From Lytechinus pictus (taxonomy: Eukaryota), in NCBI RefSeq assembly GCF_037042905.1, contig NC_087245.1, forward strand, positions 12,216,001 through 12,276,000: a DNA stretch of 60,000 bases. The letters run 5' to 3'. Below are positions 13,222-27,100 of this stretch, in pieces. The notes under the pieces were generated by a model. The model did not search any database, was not told the origin of the DNA, and saw nothing but the letters and a program-made list of their open reading frames with translations. The translations under genes and the position numbers were made by a program. Position 1 is the first letter of the stretch; the number at the start of each line of letters is the position of its first letter.

Positions 13222-15268
13222 TTAAGTGATGACATAATAAAGCAGATCAGTTTTATTAGATTATGACAACGCTCAACACTACCAAATCCGAATTCAAGCT
13301 AAAAGGGGAAAAGCACAACTAACAATTTTTCCTCCCAGAAGAATATCATTTTAGAAAAAAATAAAATCGTTTTGATATACAATGATAATAATATTGTACT
13401 GATAAAACTAATGAAGATGATTTCGGTATTGATAGGTATAATAATGATAAGAAAATAAGACAGTAATTCTGATAACAACATTAGCGTAATGAGCCAAAAA
13501 TATTGTCTAGAAAATATCATATTTCACCCCTTTTTGCTTTCATTTTCTCTGTTTTTCTTGGTCGTAAAAAAATTGGGATTCGTGGCCCCCAAGGCCCCGG
13601 CCCCACCTTCTGTACGCCAGTGAATAAGAATGATAATAATGACAATGATTAATAGAAATTATTTTTTTTCTTCATTTATTTCATCATAATGATAACAATC
13701 ATGAAACAAGGTAGAGCCTATCACTATCATAATTTTATAACAAGAAAAAAAATCACAGGTGTAGGCAATTGGCGATTTACTTTTAATCATTGATTCATAT
13801 TTTGCTTTGAAGAAGTCATAAAAATTCGAAGTAATGAATAGAAATTAGAAATCATATTCTGAGAGATTACTACTGAATTGATGAAGACTCACAATTTTTA
13901 TCTCTGCATATATCGATTATGTTTCTATCTGACTATACCTGACATTTGAGAGCTTTCGAAACAGGCACGGTCGATTCCTGTTTTGAGCTTATAACACTTC
14001 CCTGATATTATTAAGCATGAGTATGCGCACATTATCAGAATTGACTTCCTCGTTCCTCTATCCTCTTGACTTTCGGAAGGACCTTATTGATGAGTGAACG
14101 TTAACACTTGTATTCTAGACTGCATTGTGTCCATGCTGCTATGGAAGACAAGGTTTTGTGTGTTAACAACTAACTCAACTTAAAATTACTAGAGAACTAT
14201 TCACCGAGGTACAACATAAAAATGATAATGTCGGCTTATTTGTTTGACAGTTTGACATGACGGTGTTACAAATATTGCAGGATAATACAAAAAAAAATCA
14301 GAACGTAATATTCTCACCAAACTTAGCCTGGATATATCCAGTCAGTTTTGATAATTTGTATCAAATGTAAAGTGTTTGTCCCAGAGCTACGTACAAAATA
14401 TGAATTAAGAGGCATTGATCCACGTCCATTTATTATGCGGGTGGAGTGCGTTTACAGAAAGTATTATGCATCTTACATTTCACTTCATATTATCAGATTT
14501 GATGAATAGCGACAAAATTTCGTTTTTGTATAAAAATTTTGTTTCGAATGTTTTTTTTTCTGTCGGGCAAGGGGGGGGGGGGTTGAATCGGTAAAAGTGT
14601 CCACGGTAATTGTATTCACCATACACCGAGGAGGATGATTTTTTGACAGGAGATATTAAGTATGGGTTGTGGTTATTTTTACGGATCTTGTTCCTTCTTT
14701 AAGCAACTGTTAAAACATATTTCCCACCGGGAATATTGTTTTGTGGGATTATCGAAGAACTGAAAACCGCGAGGGGATTTTCATATGCTTAATGTAGATA
14801 ATAGAACTGTTATTCTTCATAAATTCATTCGGAATAAATACATTATCCATAATGTGTAATTTATTGAATATTGATGTTCAAGGATTAACAAAAAGAACAT
14901 GGATGCGGGAGCAGGGACGCAGCCAGTTTTAATTATGTTTAAAGGAGAAGGGAATCGAAAACGTCGCACAGTCACTCATGTTACATGTTTGAAATACCTG
15001 AATTTTCTTTCCTGATAAGGTGAAACAAAGTTTGAATCCTCCCCGAGCATGTCGTAACATAATGTGATTCCATAAAGCAATTCTATACGAGTCAAACAAT
15101 ATGATACGAAATAAACAGTGAGTTCCGCCATCAACTATCTTATTTGCTTATCAATGTGCTGATATGGTTGTAACTTTTTTATAAAAAAATAAGCAAAATA
15201 TTTTTTTAAATTTTTATTAAGAAATGCATCAGAATTAATTGAATTTATTTTATTAGAAACATGCGATG

Positions 15269-15417
15269 CAGGGGCCGCGGAAGCGGGGGGCTGGGGGGCT
15301 TCAGCCCCCCACTTTTGTCCAAAACCGTGTAAAAAAAATTAAAATGACCATATGATTGTGATTTTTTGCATGGTCAGCCACCCCCCCCCCACTTTGAAAA
15401 CCATTCCGCGGCCCCTG
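15269..15417. mobile_element. Short MITE, CAGGGGCCGCGGAA TIRs, 5-bp target duplication CGATG (hAT5-like)
   Basis: cgatg|CAGGGGCCGCGGAA ... TTCCGCGGCCCCTG|cgatg. Confidence 0.85.
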
Positions 15418-15815
15418 CGATGGACACAATTGGAGATCAAGGTATAAGAAAATTGAGGTTAATCTAAAATATGTGCTGTGTGATTTTCTTCCAATTAAAC
15501 AACTCATCTGTTCGAGTCATCGTTTACAAGGGGGCCTAAGAAAATTATATTAAAAGTATGGACTTATAAAAAAAACTAAGTCAATATTCCGGAATTTTCC
15601 ATAAGGGGTTAGACCATGTAATATTCTTTTCTTATTCATTTTATAGAATAAATTATTTGAAATTTGTGCCCTTGTGCTTTTACATATTCTTAACAGTAAT
15701 TGAGTATTGAAAAAAATTGTTTTTTTGTTACAAGAGTTTACGTGTTTTAAAGCATCTTAATCCCACTTTTTTATGCAAATATATATTTTTATGCAAATAT
15801 ATATATATATATATA

Positions 15816-16440
15816 CCGTGTGAGTCAAAAAAAAAAATTTACACCTCACAAATCCCCAATTTAAGGAAGAAATATGTCATGAACACACAATCATTGTATA
15901 TGGTTGGAAAGAATATCTTCACCCAAATAATTTGATACCATATTTATATGGTGTGTCTTCACGCTTGGATAATCAGTAGGTATTCTTTGCAGTGATGTAA
16001 GGCATTACTGCAATGAATGGATCCAGATGCCAATGATGTCATTATTCTACATGAGTTAGTAAACATATTTAAATATCCATTTTCAATGCAATTAAATTGA
16101 GAATTGATACCAAAATGTGTTTATTAAAAATTATAATGTAAATTATTGAAAAGCTGTTTTGAAATGGATTTTGATGGAACCCTTGAAGGATTATGATATC
16201 ATTGACATCTGGATTCATTTATTGCAGTTATGCCTTAATTTTGCGCTAATGAAAATTTACATCACTGCAAAGAATACGTCCTGATTATTCAAACGTTATA
16301 TAATACCACATAAATATGGTATCAAATTATTTTGGAGAACATACTCTTTTAGGCCATATATCATAATCATGAGTTCATGACATATCTTTTTACTTAAATT
16401 GGGGATTTGTGAGGTGTCAAGTTTTTCTTGACTGACATGG
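15816..16440. mobile_element. Tc1/mariner-like MITE with long diverged TIRs, inserted at TA
   Basis: ta|CCGTGTGAGTCAA...ACACCTCACAAATCCCCAATTTAAG vs CTTAAATTGGGGATTTGTGAGGTGT...TTGACTGACATGG|ta; inverted similarity extends >200 bp. Confidence 0.85.
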
Positions 16441-16952
16441 TATAGCGAAATAGATATGTGTTCTATTCTATTAAATCAATACATTATGTGTAGACATTCT
16501 AATATATATCATACTGTTTGATATCTTGTATTTCCATCATTTCATTCATTGTATTATTTTAGGGCTCATGATTGTGATAGTAATTTTCATTAATGATCAT
16601 ATAGAACAAAATATTTTTGCATGGACATCGCCACAATATTATATAGCACTTTTGATACAGTACTTTTATTTGCTGAAATATTCATCAAATTATGCCTATG
16701 TTCACCACATAATCATGTAAAAAATATATATATATTGAATGCCTTAACACGTTGTGTATGTTGGTGCTATACGAAATATTTATTACATATTCTTCAAGAT
16801 ATAAAGAAAACAGACTAGTATTTACGTCTTTTCTTATTACCTGTGTACATTTCTATTTACAATAAGCGGGTCAGTTTTTGCGTAATCATAGCTAGAGTGA
16901 ATTTGGAGAATACACTTAACAAATCTATTCTTGCATTGAATACCAAATGATA

Positions 16953-17107
16953 CACTGTAAAAAATGAAGTGCTAATTTAGCACTTACAGTGCTTGTATAG
17001 GGACTGCACTACTAGTGCTGATTTTCTAGTTCAAATTTAACCTAGAAAATCAACACTCGTAGTGCAGTCACTATACAAGCACTGTAAGTGCTAAATTTTT
17101 TGCAGTG
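16953..17107. mobile_element. Hairpin MITE with CACTG termini and TA target duplication
   Basis: ta|CACTGTAAAAAAT...TTAGCACTTACAGTGCTTGTATAG / CTATACAAGCACTGTAAGTGCTAA...TTTTTTGCAGTG|ta. Confidence 0.85.
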
Positions 17108-17843
17108 TATAAAATAGTGTTCCACTGAAGAACGGGATCGTTTTACAATAGAGACATTACCTAATAAAAAAAATGCAAAGCAATGTGGGAATGTTTGTAA
17201 CTTGATATTATAATCAAATATCGGCATACACGGTCATACCAAATCATGTCACTGCTGCTGTCACAATAACAACTACTGCCCTGATTCCGACTTGGTTTTA
17301 GTCAATAGGATTACCACTATGCCATGAATTTCACTCTCACGTGACATGGAATAGCATTATTATAGGCACTATGTGATATATTAAAACAATCACCCCAGTT
17401 CGTTTAGCTTAAACACAATTTTTATAGCATAAACTACTAAAGGAATCTTGAACCTTCTAGAATAATCTACTCATATAGATCAAAGGCGCTTGATATATAA
17501 ATTTCATTTCCATAATGAATATTTCTTATGAAAATGACGAAAAAATAAAATCATGTCATTTCAATCAATATAGTCTATTTATTCTGACAAGAAATTAGTC
17601 ATTTTGAAATTAATATTTTAGTCGAGTGTCATTATATATACAATGAATTTGAGCAGATTGCATTTATAGTGTATAATGAGATGAAACATTTAAAAATCAT
17701 CCTTCATAATAACAACCAAAAACACTAGGTAAATAAATGGTAATGCATTACATTTTGATAGGCAGAAATAATATCTAACAGACGTATATTTTTAAAGATT
17801 ATTTTACGCCTAGATGTCATCAAACTGGACCATAAGTGACCCA

Positions 17844-18002
17844 GGGGCCCGTTTCATAAAGAACTTGCAACTGTGGTAACATTGCCATAATGGCAACTAC
17901 CATGATAACAGGGCTTAGCAGCCAATCATATTCAATGTTTCCATGGTAGTTGCCATTATGGCAAAGTTACATCTTTTGCAAGTCCTTTATGAAACGGGTC
18001 CC
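17844..18002. mobile_element. PIF/Harbinger-like MITE
   Basis: GGGGCCCGTTTCATAAAG ... CTTTATGAAACGGGTCCC with internal inverted TTGCCATAATGGCAACTACCATG. Confidence 0.82.
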
Positions 18003-19510
18003 AGGCCTCAAAACGCGGACATGTGTATCACTGTGTTGCAAGTTCCACTCGCAGTTGGAAACCATTCGTATTAATATCATAATTATGGTCTAGTAACGGT
18101 GAACCCAACAAGATGGGTGAACCTCAGGTAAGGCACCTCCGAACAATCAATATTACACACAGGACCAATGATGTATACGGTTTAATTCCAATGGGAAAGA
18201 AATTAACTGGTATAAGATAAAACACAAATAGATAGGTCGGATGATTGTTCATCGTATACGTTTCAATAAACACGCATGTTCTGTATTTTATTACTGTAAG
18301 ATTATCCTGAAAAATTGTTCTTATATTTTCTAAGAATGGTATACAGTAAATGCTTAATGTATGTCACCAAGGTATTTCATTATCAAAATTATATATACAT
18401 CAGGTATATAGAAACAATAATTACAAAATGAAAAATCATATCAGTAATAAACATAAAATATTTACAAGAATCTGTATATTTACAAGTACATCTCTACTTA
18501 TAATTTTGTAAATGAATGTAATTTTAAATGAAATGCATATGGGAAATTCAAAATGAAATAGGAAACTTCAATGGATCTAAAGGTTACAAAAATAAGAGGA
18601 TATTAGCCTACTGGTCATCCAATTTACATATTATAGCATAACTGACAAGTAATATCAAGAAAATGGCACCGAGGACAGATATAAAAATATATCTATAATA
18701 TCATGAATAGTCTCTATAGGTGCATTCTCGGCTGAAATGAATCACGCCTCTTTTCTCAGGGGTCTTTAAACACGCAAATTATATTCCAAGAATCTTGAAT
18801 CCCCCCCCCCCCCGAAAAAGACAATGCACAGTGCACATGGTATGAGATCACATTCCATATGCGTTGATTTGAAAGATGATTAGCCGCAAACCCAATCATG
18901 ATAATGATAGGAAATTTAATAATGATTACTGTAAGCCCTTTATTACGATGGAATGGACATATCATTTCAATATCTGCCCTGGTTTTCAACCTCGAACCTT
19001 GGAAAAATGAGTCGTGAACTGTAAACCTTTAATTGTTTTCAATGTTTTTCAGACCATATAATGTGTTCTCAAAAAAGATCTTAATCATTTTGCTTTTATT
19101 GTCATTTGCTGTCTACGGTAGATAGCATTTCAATTTAGGCCCTTGATTTAACCTTGAACCTTAAGCTATGAACTTTTAACCTTTAACTCTGATTAATTTC
19201 ATCCAATCACGTCAGCTTTCGTAAAAAGGGTAAATCGTTTAGCTTAACAAGTGATTTGCTATCTACGGTAGATAGCATTTCAAATTCACTTATAAATTGT
19301 CTTCAAATCTTCACTTTGATCAATTAATCCCATCAATTCTGATTATTATATTATATTAATTTATTTCTATATTATTTAATTCGACTGAAGTACTGGGACA
19401 TTTTGTTATTTTATCTTGTGATCCAAAACTTCCATCAACTATAGGTAAGGCGATGATGATTTCTCATAGAGGCATATAAGTCTCTATATTCTTTCATTCT
19501 TGTAAGAATG

Positions 19511-19973
19511 CACTCTTAACAAAATGCCCAACATTTGACCAACCCTGAGCAACACTGGCGGATCCTTTTGAGAGGCACAATTAACATTTGTAATGTAAAA
19601 ATGCCATTAAAACAGAAGTGTGCCCCCCCCCCCTTTGGAAGTGAAGACCTTTTTTTTTGCTTGTCAATTTTTTTCGTGGACGAAATCTCCTTGATGTTTG
19701 GTTAAAACCCCAATTTTTTTGCTTGTCAAATTTTTCCTCGGGAAAATGTGCCCCCTTCGAAAAATCCTGGATCCGCCCCTATTAGACAACATACTGTCCA
19801 CACATCTATTGGTTGAAATCTGCCCAAATTTGGTAATAAAAACTCATACTTGGGTAGGAGATTTGCTCAATCGGATAATAATTGCCCATAATATATATAT
19901 ATATATATATACATTTCCAATATACATTACCAAACACAGTGGACAGAATGTTGCCCAACATCTTAAGTCTGTG
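19511..19973. mobile_element. Decayed CACTCT-family MITE interrupted by a GGCGGATCC-type element (19553-19780)
   Basis: Outer: cactcttaac...gcccaacattt...actgtccacac / gtggacagaatgttgcccaacatcttaag. Inner: cactggcggatcc...cctggatccgcccct. Confidence 0.65.
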
Positions 19974-20540
19974 GGCTTATAATAATTATGGCCCTTATGT
20001 AATGTGGAGCCCTTTAACTCCAGGAAGTAATAGGCCAACCTACCAGCATTACATTTCTATAATGATACCACCAATCATTACTCCCTTTGATTGGCATTTG
20101 AGCCCCGTTACTATGGGCATTTAATACGATAGACGACGAATAACGACTGCGATAGTAATGCATGAAGCATGAAAAAGGGTATATTCAGAATTACCATATT
20201 TATATACCATGAAATTTCAATATCGTGACAAATATAATCCGACGATCTTCATGTCTGTGTTCAGATTGATAATGAAAAGGGGAAGGTTTAAGAACTATGG
20301 AAAGTTGAAAACGACTATAAATGGTAATGTTTGGCATCAGCCAACTCCTTAAAGGCGTTGAGGATGTAGGCCTATAAGTAAGGTATGATATGAAAAAAAT
20401 ACTCGAATTTCTAATTGAAGTATTAAAATTTCTTGATTTGTTGTCAAAGGAGCACTGTTTTGAAAGAGCATTCGTGGAATACGAATGAAAAAAGGTAAAA
20501 ATGTAATACTGTAAAAAGGTACGAATAAAGAAAAAATAGA

Positions 20541-20760
20541 GGAGGCGCAATAGCTTAGTCGGTAGAGCGGGGTGTCGGATTCCAGTTACCCGGGTTCGAT
20601 TCCTATTCCTATGGTTCGATTCCCACTTGGTGCGCTAGTGCCCATTGGTAAGGCATTAATCCCCATTACCAAGCCCCTCAGAGAGTACCTAAAGCCGTCG
20701 TCGGTCCTCTGGTTGCTTGCTTAAAGGATTCCCGCTTTCTTAACAATCAGGTAAAAAAAA
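20541..20760 (+). mobile_element. tRNA-derived SINE
   Basis: A box TAGCTTAGTCGG and B box GGTTCGATTCC (locally duplicated), body gtgcccattggtaaggcattaatcc, A-rich end. Confidence 0.75.
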
Positions 20761-20879
20761 TCACCATTTCATAAAAGTGGAAATCTTGAAAAAAAGAAGC
20801 TCTGTTGTATAAATTTCACGCAGAACTTTTTATTAACATATCAGTCATCCAAGATAACTAAGCCATTCTCGACAAATGA

Positions 20880-21151
20880 CTAATGGGGTACGATCGTGGC
20901 CGTTTCCTGACTTTTCTTGCACAGCAACGCTCTCATCCTTCTGCAACGCTTTCCACAAAACGTTGCCACCATGGCGCGGATACGACGATTGGTAAATGAG
21001 TAAATCAGAGGATTAAACATTGCATTCAAGTAGGCTAACCACGTGGTCAATATGCTGGTCCAATGAGGCGCAATGTTCATGGGGAAGAAACACGAGTGGA
21101 TAACAAAGTATGGGGTCCAGCAAATTACAGCAGTAAGTACCAGCAATCCTC
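20880..21151 (-). CDS. Orphan GPCR coding exon 4 (TM6, TM7, C-tail)
   Basis: ttttttcag|(G)GLLVLTAVICWTPYF...NPLIYSF...VPH*; AATAAA on the minus strand at 20834-20829. Confidence 0.9.
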
Positions 21152-24100
21152 CTGAAAAAATTACAGATGAGAGTGAAAAAATGTGATTTTGAGTTATTGT
21201 TCAATTCATCATTCATTCAGTGTCAAGTCAAAGTATCTAACGAATTATGATGATAGTGGAAAGAACATTAATGAAAACGTATAATACGATGGAACCCTGC
21301 TTACCGTATAGTATATCATTACTCTTCTCTAAAGTAAATGATGGGCGCAGCTTACGCAGAAGGTTCAAGTTTTGTGAGTCTTTTGGTATGACTCGACCTT
21401 ACGCCTACGAGGTGGGTCCTAGGGGTCCTATACCGTTGAGCCAACATTAAGATATTATTACTATACGAATAATATTTTTTCAGGTTTAAAGGCATGATAA
21501 TTACCTGTCATGCATGTTGGATTAATTCCCCATTGACACTTGCCCGCATTGATCGATGATGAAATCAATACTCCCTCGGCCCCAATGAAATAAGGGTCTG
21601 TCTTTTTTTCCCGAAAGGTCGATAAACTATAATTCAGGTGTTGAGACGAATTCAATGCTGTCAACGCAACAGACTCGATTGTTAACCTCTCTATAAAAAG
21701 TGTTTGTTTAGATCTCTTTGGCCTTCTTGAGTGCTCTTCGGGATATGAAATTGAATACCCACGCACTTTGCAATCAGGATGTGATTTTTTAATTATATTA
21801 AAAACACCTCCATTACAGCACGTGCTGAGAAAAATGAAGAGAAATTAATTGAAACCATTGGCATAATCATTCCTAAGTGTTTGTAATGAGCTTTTGAACC
21901 AGTGTCAGCATCTAAAAGCGACATCACGCCCTAATACTTGAAATTATAAATTGTTGCCGAAGAAGAACTTGCTACTTTAAGAGGTCAATCCCACACAAAA
22001 CTAATTGTCATTGAAGCCTGATATTTTTGTAAAGATCGAGGGGAGACAAATCAAACAGCAGGAATATGTAAAATTTTATGACGGTAAGATCTTCGAAAAG
22101 CTAAACAAAAATACATGTACATATAAAGTCTTTACTATAGAATTAATAAGATACGAATTTATATTATTAGTAATAATGATAACAGTAATAACAACAACAA
22201 TAACAATAACAGTAGCTTGATTTCTTTAGCGCTATTTGATTGATTGTTCAAAATGAAAGGTAAACGTATGGGATTTTGCAAGAGCATCTGGAAATATTTG
22301 TATTGTTGAAACCTAGATGAAGAAGATCTCTCAGAAACCTTGACGGTTCAAATCTTACCTACAAGGTGTGAACGCTTCTTATGAATAGATCTACTATATA
22401 GATAGTTTCGAACAACAATGTGTATAATCTAGCTTTCATTGGGGTGTGGCACCAATTTTCCAATCAAAACGCTTCTCCCATGTGTTTATGATCAGATAAG
22501 GCCGCACATTTTTTTTTTTTACTTAAGATTGCATTGCACATGAGCAAATTCAGTAAGCTCATTTGTTCGATTGTGTTTCCTCACATATATCCAGAATACT
22601 TTTGAGTTCCCAACGTCAAGATAATAATAATACATTAAAAAATTGTAAAATTGTATGGAAGTGTAGTTATGATGAACAAAAAGTACGAGGGCCTCGGCGT
22701 CACAGGGGCGTTACCGGCCACAATAGGTCACAAACCTTAAGTGTACTTTGTGAGAATAAACCTGACACCCATTGCGTGAAACACTTCAATCCTGGTACAG
22801 TTATTTGATCTTGCCGGATAGAAGGGTGTTTATTAAGTTCATTCTCCTTATCATTGGCAATAATGTACGGACCAGAGAACAAACTTATATCATTTGAAAG
22901 CAAACATGTTATTCAATTTCGGCGCATTGATATATAACTTCATTCACGGACACCGTGTCCGTTTGCTTTACAGACGAAAATATAAGAGCACCTCTCAGTA
23001 TAATTACTGTGCACTTGGTTTGCATGATGACGTTGTCTGACTGTACAGTACATTAACTAAAGGTGCTTTCTCATATTACAGACAAATACGAATTACTTAC
23101 TCCTATCATGACGCATGCAGACCTACCAGCAACATTACAGCTGACCAAGTCATCCTTCAGATGATTTTGTTACAAGGAATAATAACCTATCCGATTTCTT
23201 CCATGTTTACACGATACAAACTTCAATATGTCCGTAACAGTTCGGTCAAATTGGATCCGGCAACTTACCTAATGCATCCATGACGTGGATCTCCGAACCG
23301 TGATTTAAAAATAAAGATATTTTTCACTGTCTGGATGGTTACGGATGAATATACACAAAACGCGCAATACAAAATAACCGTGTTTTTTATAATGTACATC
23401 ATGGCAGTTTTAAAGATCAATTCTATAGATCCTCCAAAACTACAATTCCTGGCCATGAAGGTTAAGCTACGACAGTGAGGAGAAAAGATTCCCTTTAGTT
23501 TAGATGATGGCAGTTGAGAACATCAATCGATTGATATGATAAAAGGGATTGACGGTAGTCATTCATAAGGGTGTTCCAACAGTAGCTCCTGCAACAATTT
23601 AGGCATTGCCTTAAATAGGCTTGAATAGAGGTTTTCACGCAGGATGCGATGAGGTATGGTTTGAGATTCGGGTTATGTTTAATGTTACTGCTAAGGTTTG
23701 GTCTAACATGTCTAATGTCCAAATTTTTCACAATAGGCCTACATGATCAAATTGTCTCAGAAGCATTTGTTAAAGATTCCATTTATGCCTCTACTTACCC
23801 ATGAGCGCGACTTGTTTATCGGCTGTTAGGGTGGGCCTCATGCTTGGTCGTCGTGTGCTGCCTCTCTTGAGTTTCATGGTACCTGTTACGCTTCTCATAG
23901 AAGATAAGCTTCCAATGGATCCCTCTCTCTTTGGTCGAACTTCGCCATTTGATGGACTCTCGTCCGAAGTCGCAAGACGCTGGATAACCACAGAAAACTG
24001 CAACCCGGGTACGCTTCGCGCTCTGACATCGTCGCCATGTCTCTCATTACATGACGATAGTTCCCCGTCTTCATCATTCATGCAAGAGCTGTTTGGTAAG

Positions 24101-27100
24101 GCTAAAAGACCTGATTCAACGGTGTCTGACAGTACCGTTGCCCCACTTTCCTCGTTTTGGGAACCATATGTTGATGAGTTTGGTGTTTCAGAACTGTTCT
24201 CATCATCTGAATCTGGTAGTGGTTCTTCTTTTGTGACGTGGTCTATAATTATGTGAGGTATGATTGGATAATCACATTCTCTAACTTGCTCCGAGAGCAT
24301 TGTTCTTTCTGGATTGTGATCTGGTTCAGGATCTTCATAAACAAAACATTCTACCACTACAGGTGTACTGTCGTCATCACAATGGACCTCGCCTTGATTT
24401 AAAAGATCCGCGTGACAGCACTCTTCTCCGAAATATTTTATATTGACAGTGTTGTCCTCAGATCCGGAGGTGCAATTATCAAAACTGGGATCATGATATT
24501 CCACGATGTCATTTGCGGAAGCTGCCTTTCGTAGATCGTTAGGTGTCACACCCAATTTTCGTCTTGCCTTTGGTAATGAATCATATTTTGATCTGGTCTT
24601 GTCTTTTTTTTTCTCCAGTCGCTTTATCATATCTCGTACGGATCCATGGCGAACACAGACCGACAATCTTTTTTCATCTGGACCATCGTCGGTACTTGCT
24701 GAGTTGTTTTTATTCAAGCTTCCATACTCGAGATTAACAGCTTCTCCTGGAAGAATTTTCGCACTTCCCGGAGGACTATCCGTCCCAACCAGAGAGTTCT
24801 TCGGAGGGGACGCGTACCCAGAATCATGATGTATTTTCCCTTTAGTCGGTTCCGAGTTCTTGTGGCTTGAATCAGTAACCAGAGAGGAACTCTGTTCTTT
24901 GGTGTTTCTTTCTGCTTTAATCCGCTTCGTTTTCTTCACAGATCGTTCGGACCGAGAGAATCGTGATCTCGACCTAGACCTAAATGACTGATGAGACTGC
25001 ATCTTACGTTCCTTCTTGCAGAGGTGGTAGACCACAAAGACATAGGATACTACCATGATAGGAATGCTGAGACCGTACACAGCGAAGAAGATTACGAAGT
25101 AGAATTCACACTTTTCCCAGACTGGTGAACAGTGGTGGGTGTCATGCATGTAAAAGTATTCTGAGAGGACATTGAGGAGTGGCAAGATGGCGACTATGCA
25201 GGAGACGACCCACGTGGAGACTATCATAAAGATGGTACGGGCATTTGAAGGAGGGAAACGTTTCGACCAAACCACTGTTAGGTATCTTTAAAGAAAAAAA
25301 CACATGCACAGATTAATACCAACAAAGAAATAAAAGAATTCATGAATACTAGAATCAATAAATATCATGTTTACCTTTTCGAATACAAAAAATAGAAGAA
25401 TCATCAAAATGAAATGTATGGGTCATCAAACTTCTAGGACCTGTTGCATGCGTATAGAGAAACTAGCATTATCTTATTATAGCGAACACTTTCATTTATG
25501 GCAGTTGCCATCAACGCTGACAAATAATCAAGATCTTTATAGCTACCATGACCATAAATACTAGAGTTTTATGGCCATGCAAAGTGATTTTGATTAATTG
25601 TTCAGCAAAATTAATGCTTTGGTGGACCTACCTGTCTACAGCTATCCATAGAACGGTGAACGAGCTTGCTACTGGGAAAGCGATTGAACAAAACCCGTTG
25701 AACTGTTAAAAAGAAATCAACATGGAAAGTAACAAACTTTTTTTAATGAAATATGGTTCTATTGGGTATAAGTTAATATTCTATATCAAATGATAAGACT
25801 CATTTACAGCTTCAGGTCACTGTAAGTAGACCGTGTGTGATAACAACATGATCATGTTTTTTGTTCTTGTGTTCATGCGTCTACATCCTGTTTCTCATGT
25901 TTACATTGTTCAACATGATATTTCCAAAAGCTTTAACAATATTTCTTCATTCAAAAGAGCCCATTTTCAAACATTTTATAGGAATTACTTTAAATGGTAT
26001 ATGAAACTGAACGAGCTGTATGATTATAAATTCAGGCATATACATGTAGTTACCCAACGATTTTACTCAATAAATTATTTTTTTAATTGTTAATATGTAT
26101 TCGTCCCGAGCTTTTCAACCAACTCACTGACTGATTCTCTTTCTCCAAATCCCTCCCCCTCCCCCACACTGTCTTCTGTTTTACCCTACCATTTTCCCCA
26201 ACTTATTTATTTCCTTTTCTATTGTAATCATGTAATGGGGTCACAGTACCGACCTACACGTAAGAAAGATAAGCCCGGCGCATACTATACGATTCGTTGC
26301 GATCCGAATTTCAAATGAATAACATTTGATATGAAGATTCCAACCAATAAAATCTTAAGAGATCAGAGTTTAGAATAGTGGTAGGACTACTGTAATCGAA
26401 ACTCTGTCTAATTCGAACCTCTAGCTGTACAGGAACAGAAGCAAATTCAATTCCAAATCGTAGTGACGTCATCATTGGCTGCGACTTGAAACCGATATGG
26501 ACTTTATTTACTCCGACCACAGGGCTTGCCTCAAAGCAAATTTATGATATTATTATTCCTAACAATCCTGAACGCAAGGTTGTGAGTTCGAATCCCAACT
26601 CTGCCATTGTCTCCACTTTGATAAAAAGGCCCGAGAGTGATATCTGTCGTCTATAACGTCAGCCACTATGACTGATTAACCTAGACGTAAAATGTTTCAT
26701 AGGTAATTGGTTATATACCAGCTTGGCGTTTACCAGCAAAATGCTGTCCTGCCGAGTTCCTACGAGAGTTACCACAAACAGAAACAGAAACAGAAACTTT
26801 AAATGAAATGATTTTACTTCTTGGAAATTTTAGATGTAATGCAAAATGGGATTTATTCAAAAAACCGCGTCGTATCGAACTGTACAGTGTGCGCTCGGCT
26901 TTACGCAAATGATTATATAACACCGTTCTTGATGACGACCTGACCTACCAGACAGAGACCTGTGTTGTGTTCCAACAATTTACCGTCGTCGAAGATAGAC
27001 ACCAACGCCAGCGGCATACTAAAGACTGTGATGAGCATGCTGATGACGTTGAGATTGACAATGAGATGGTTGTGGAGATTCTCACGGAGAAGACGAACAC

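Noticed and set aside
20541..20625. Possible tRNA gene (also at 42451 and 26566)
   Set aside because: A/B boxes are present but I could not fold a proper cloverleaf, and each continues into a SINE body and tail.
23801..24829. Plus-strand ORFs of 61-151 aa
   Set aside because: Antisense shadows of the GPCR exon 3 reading frame.
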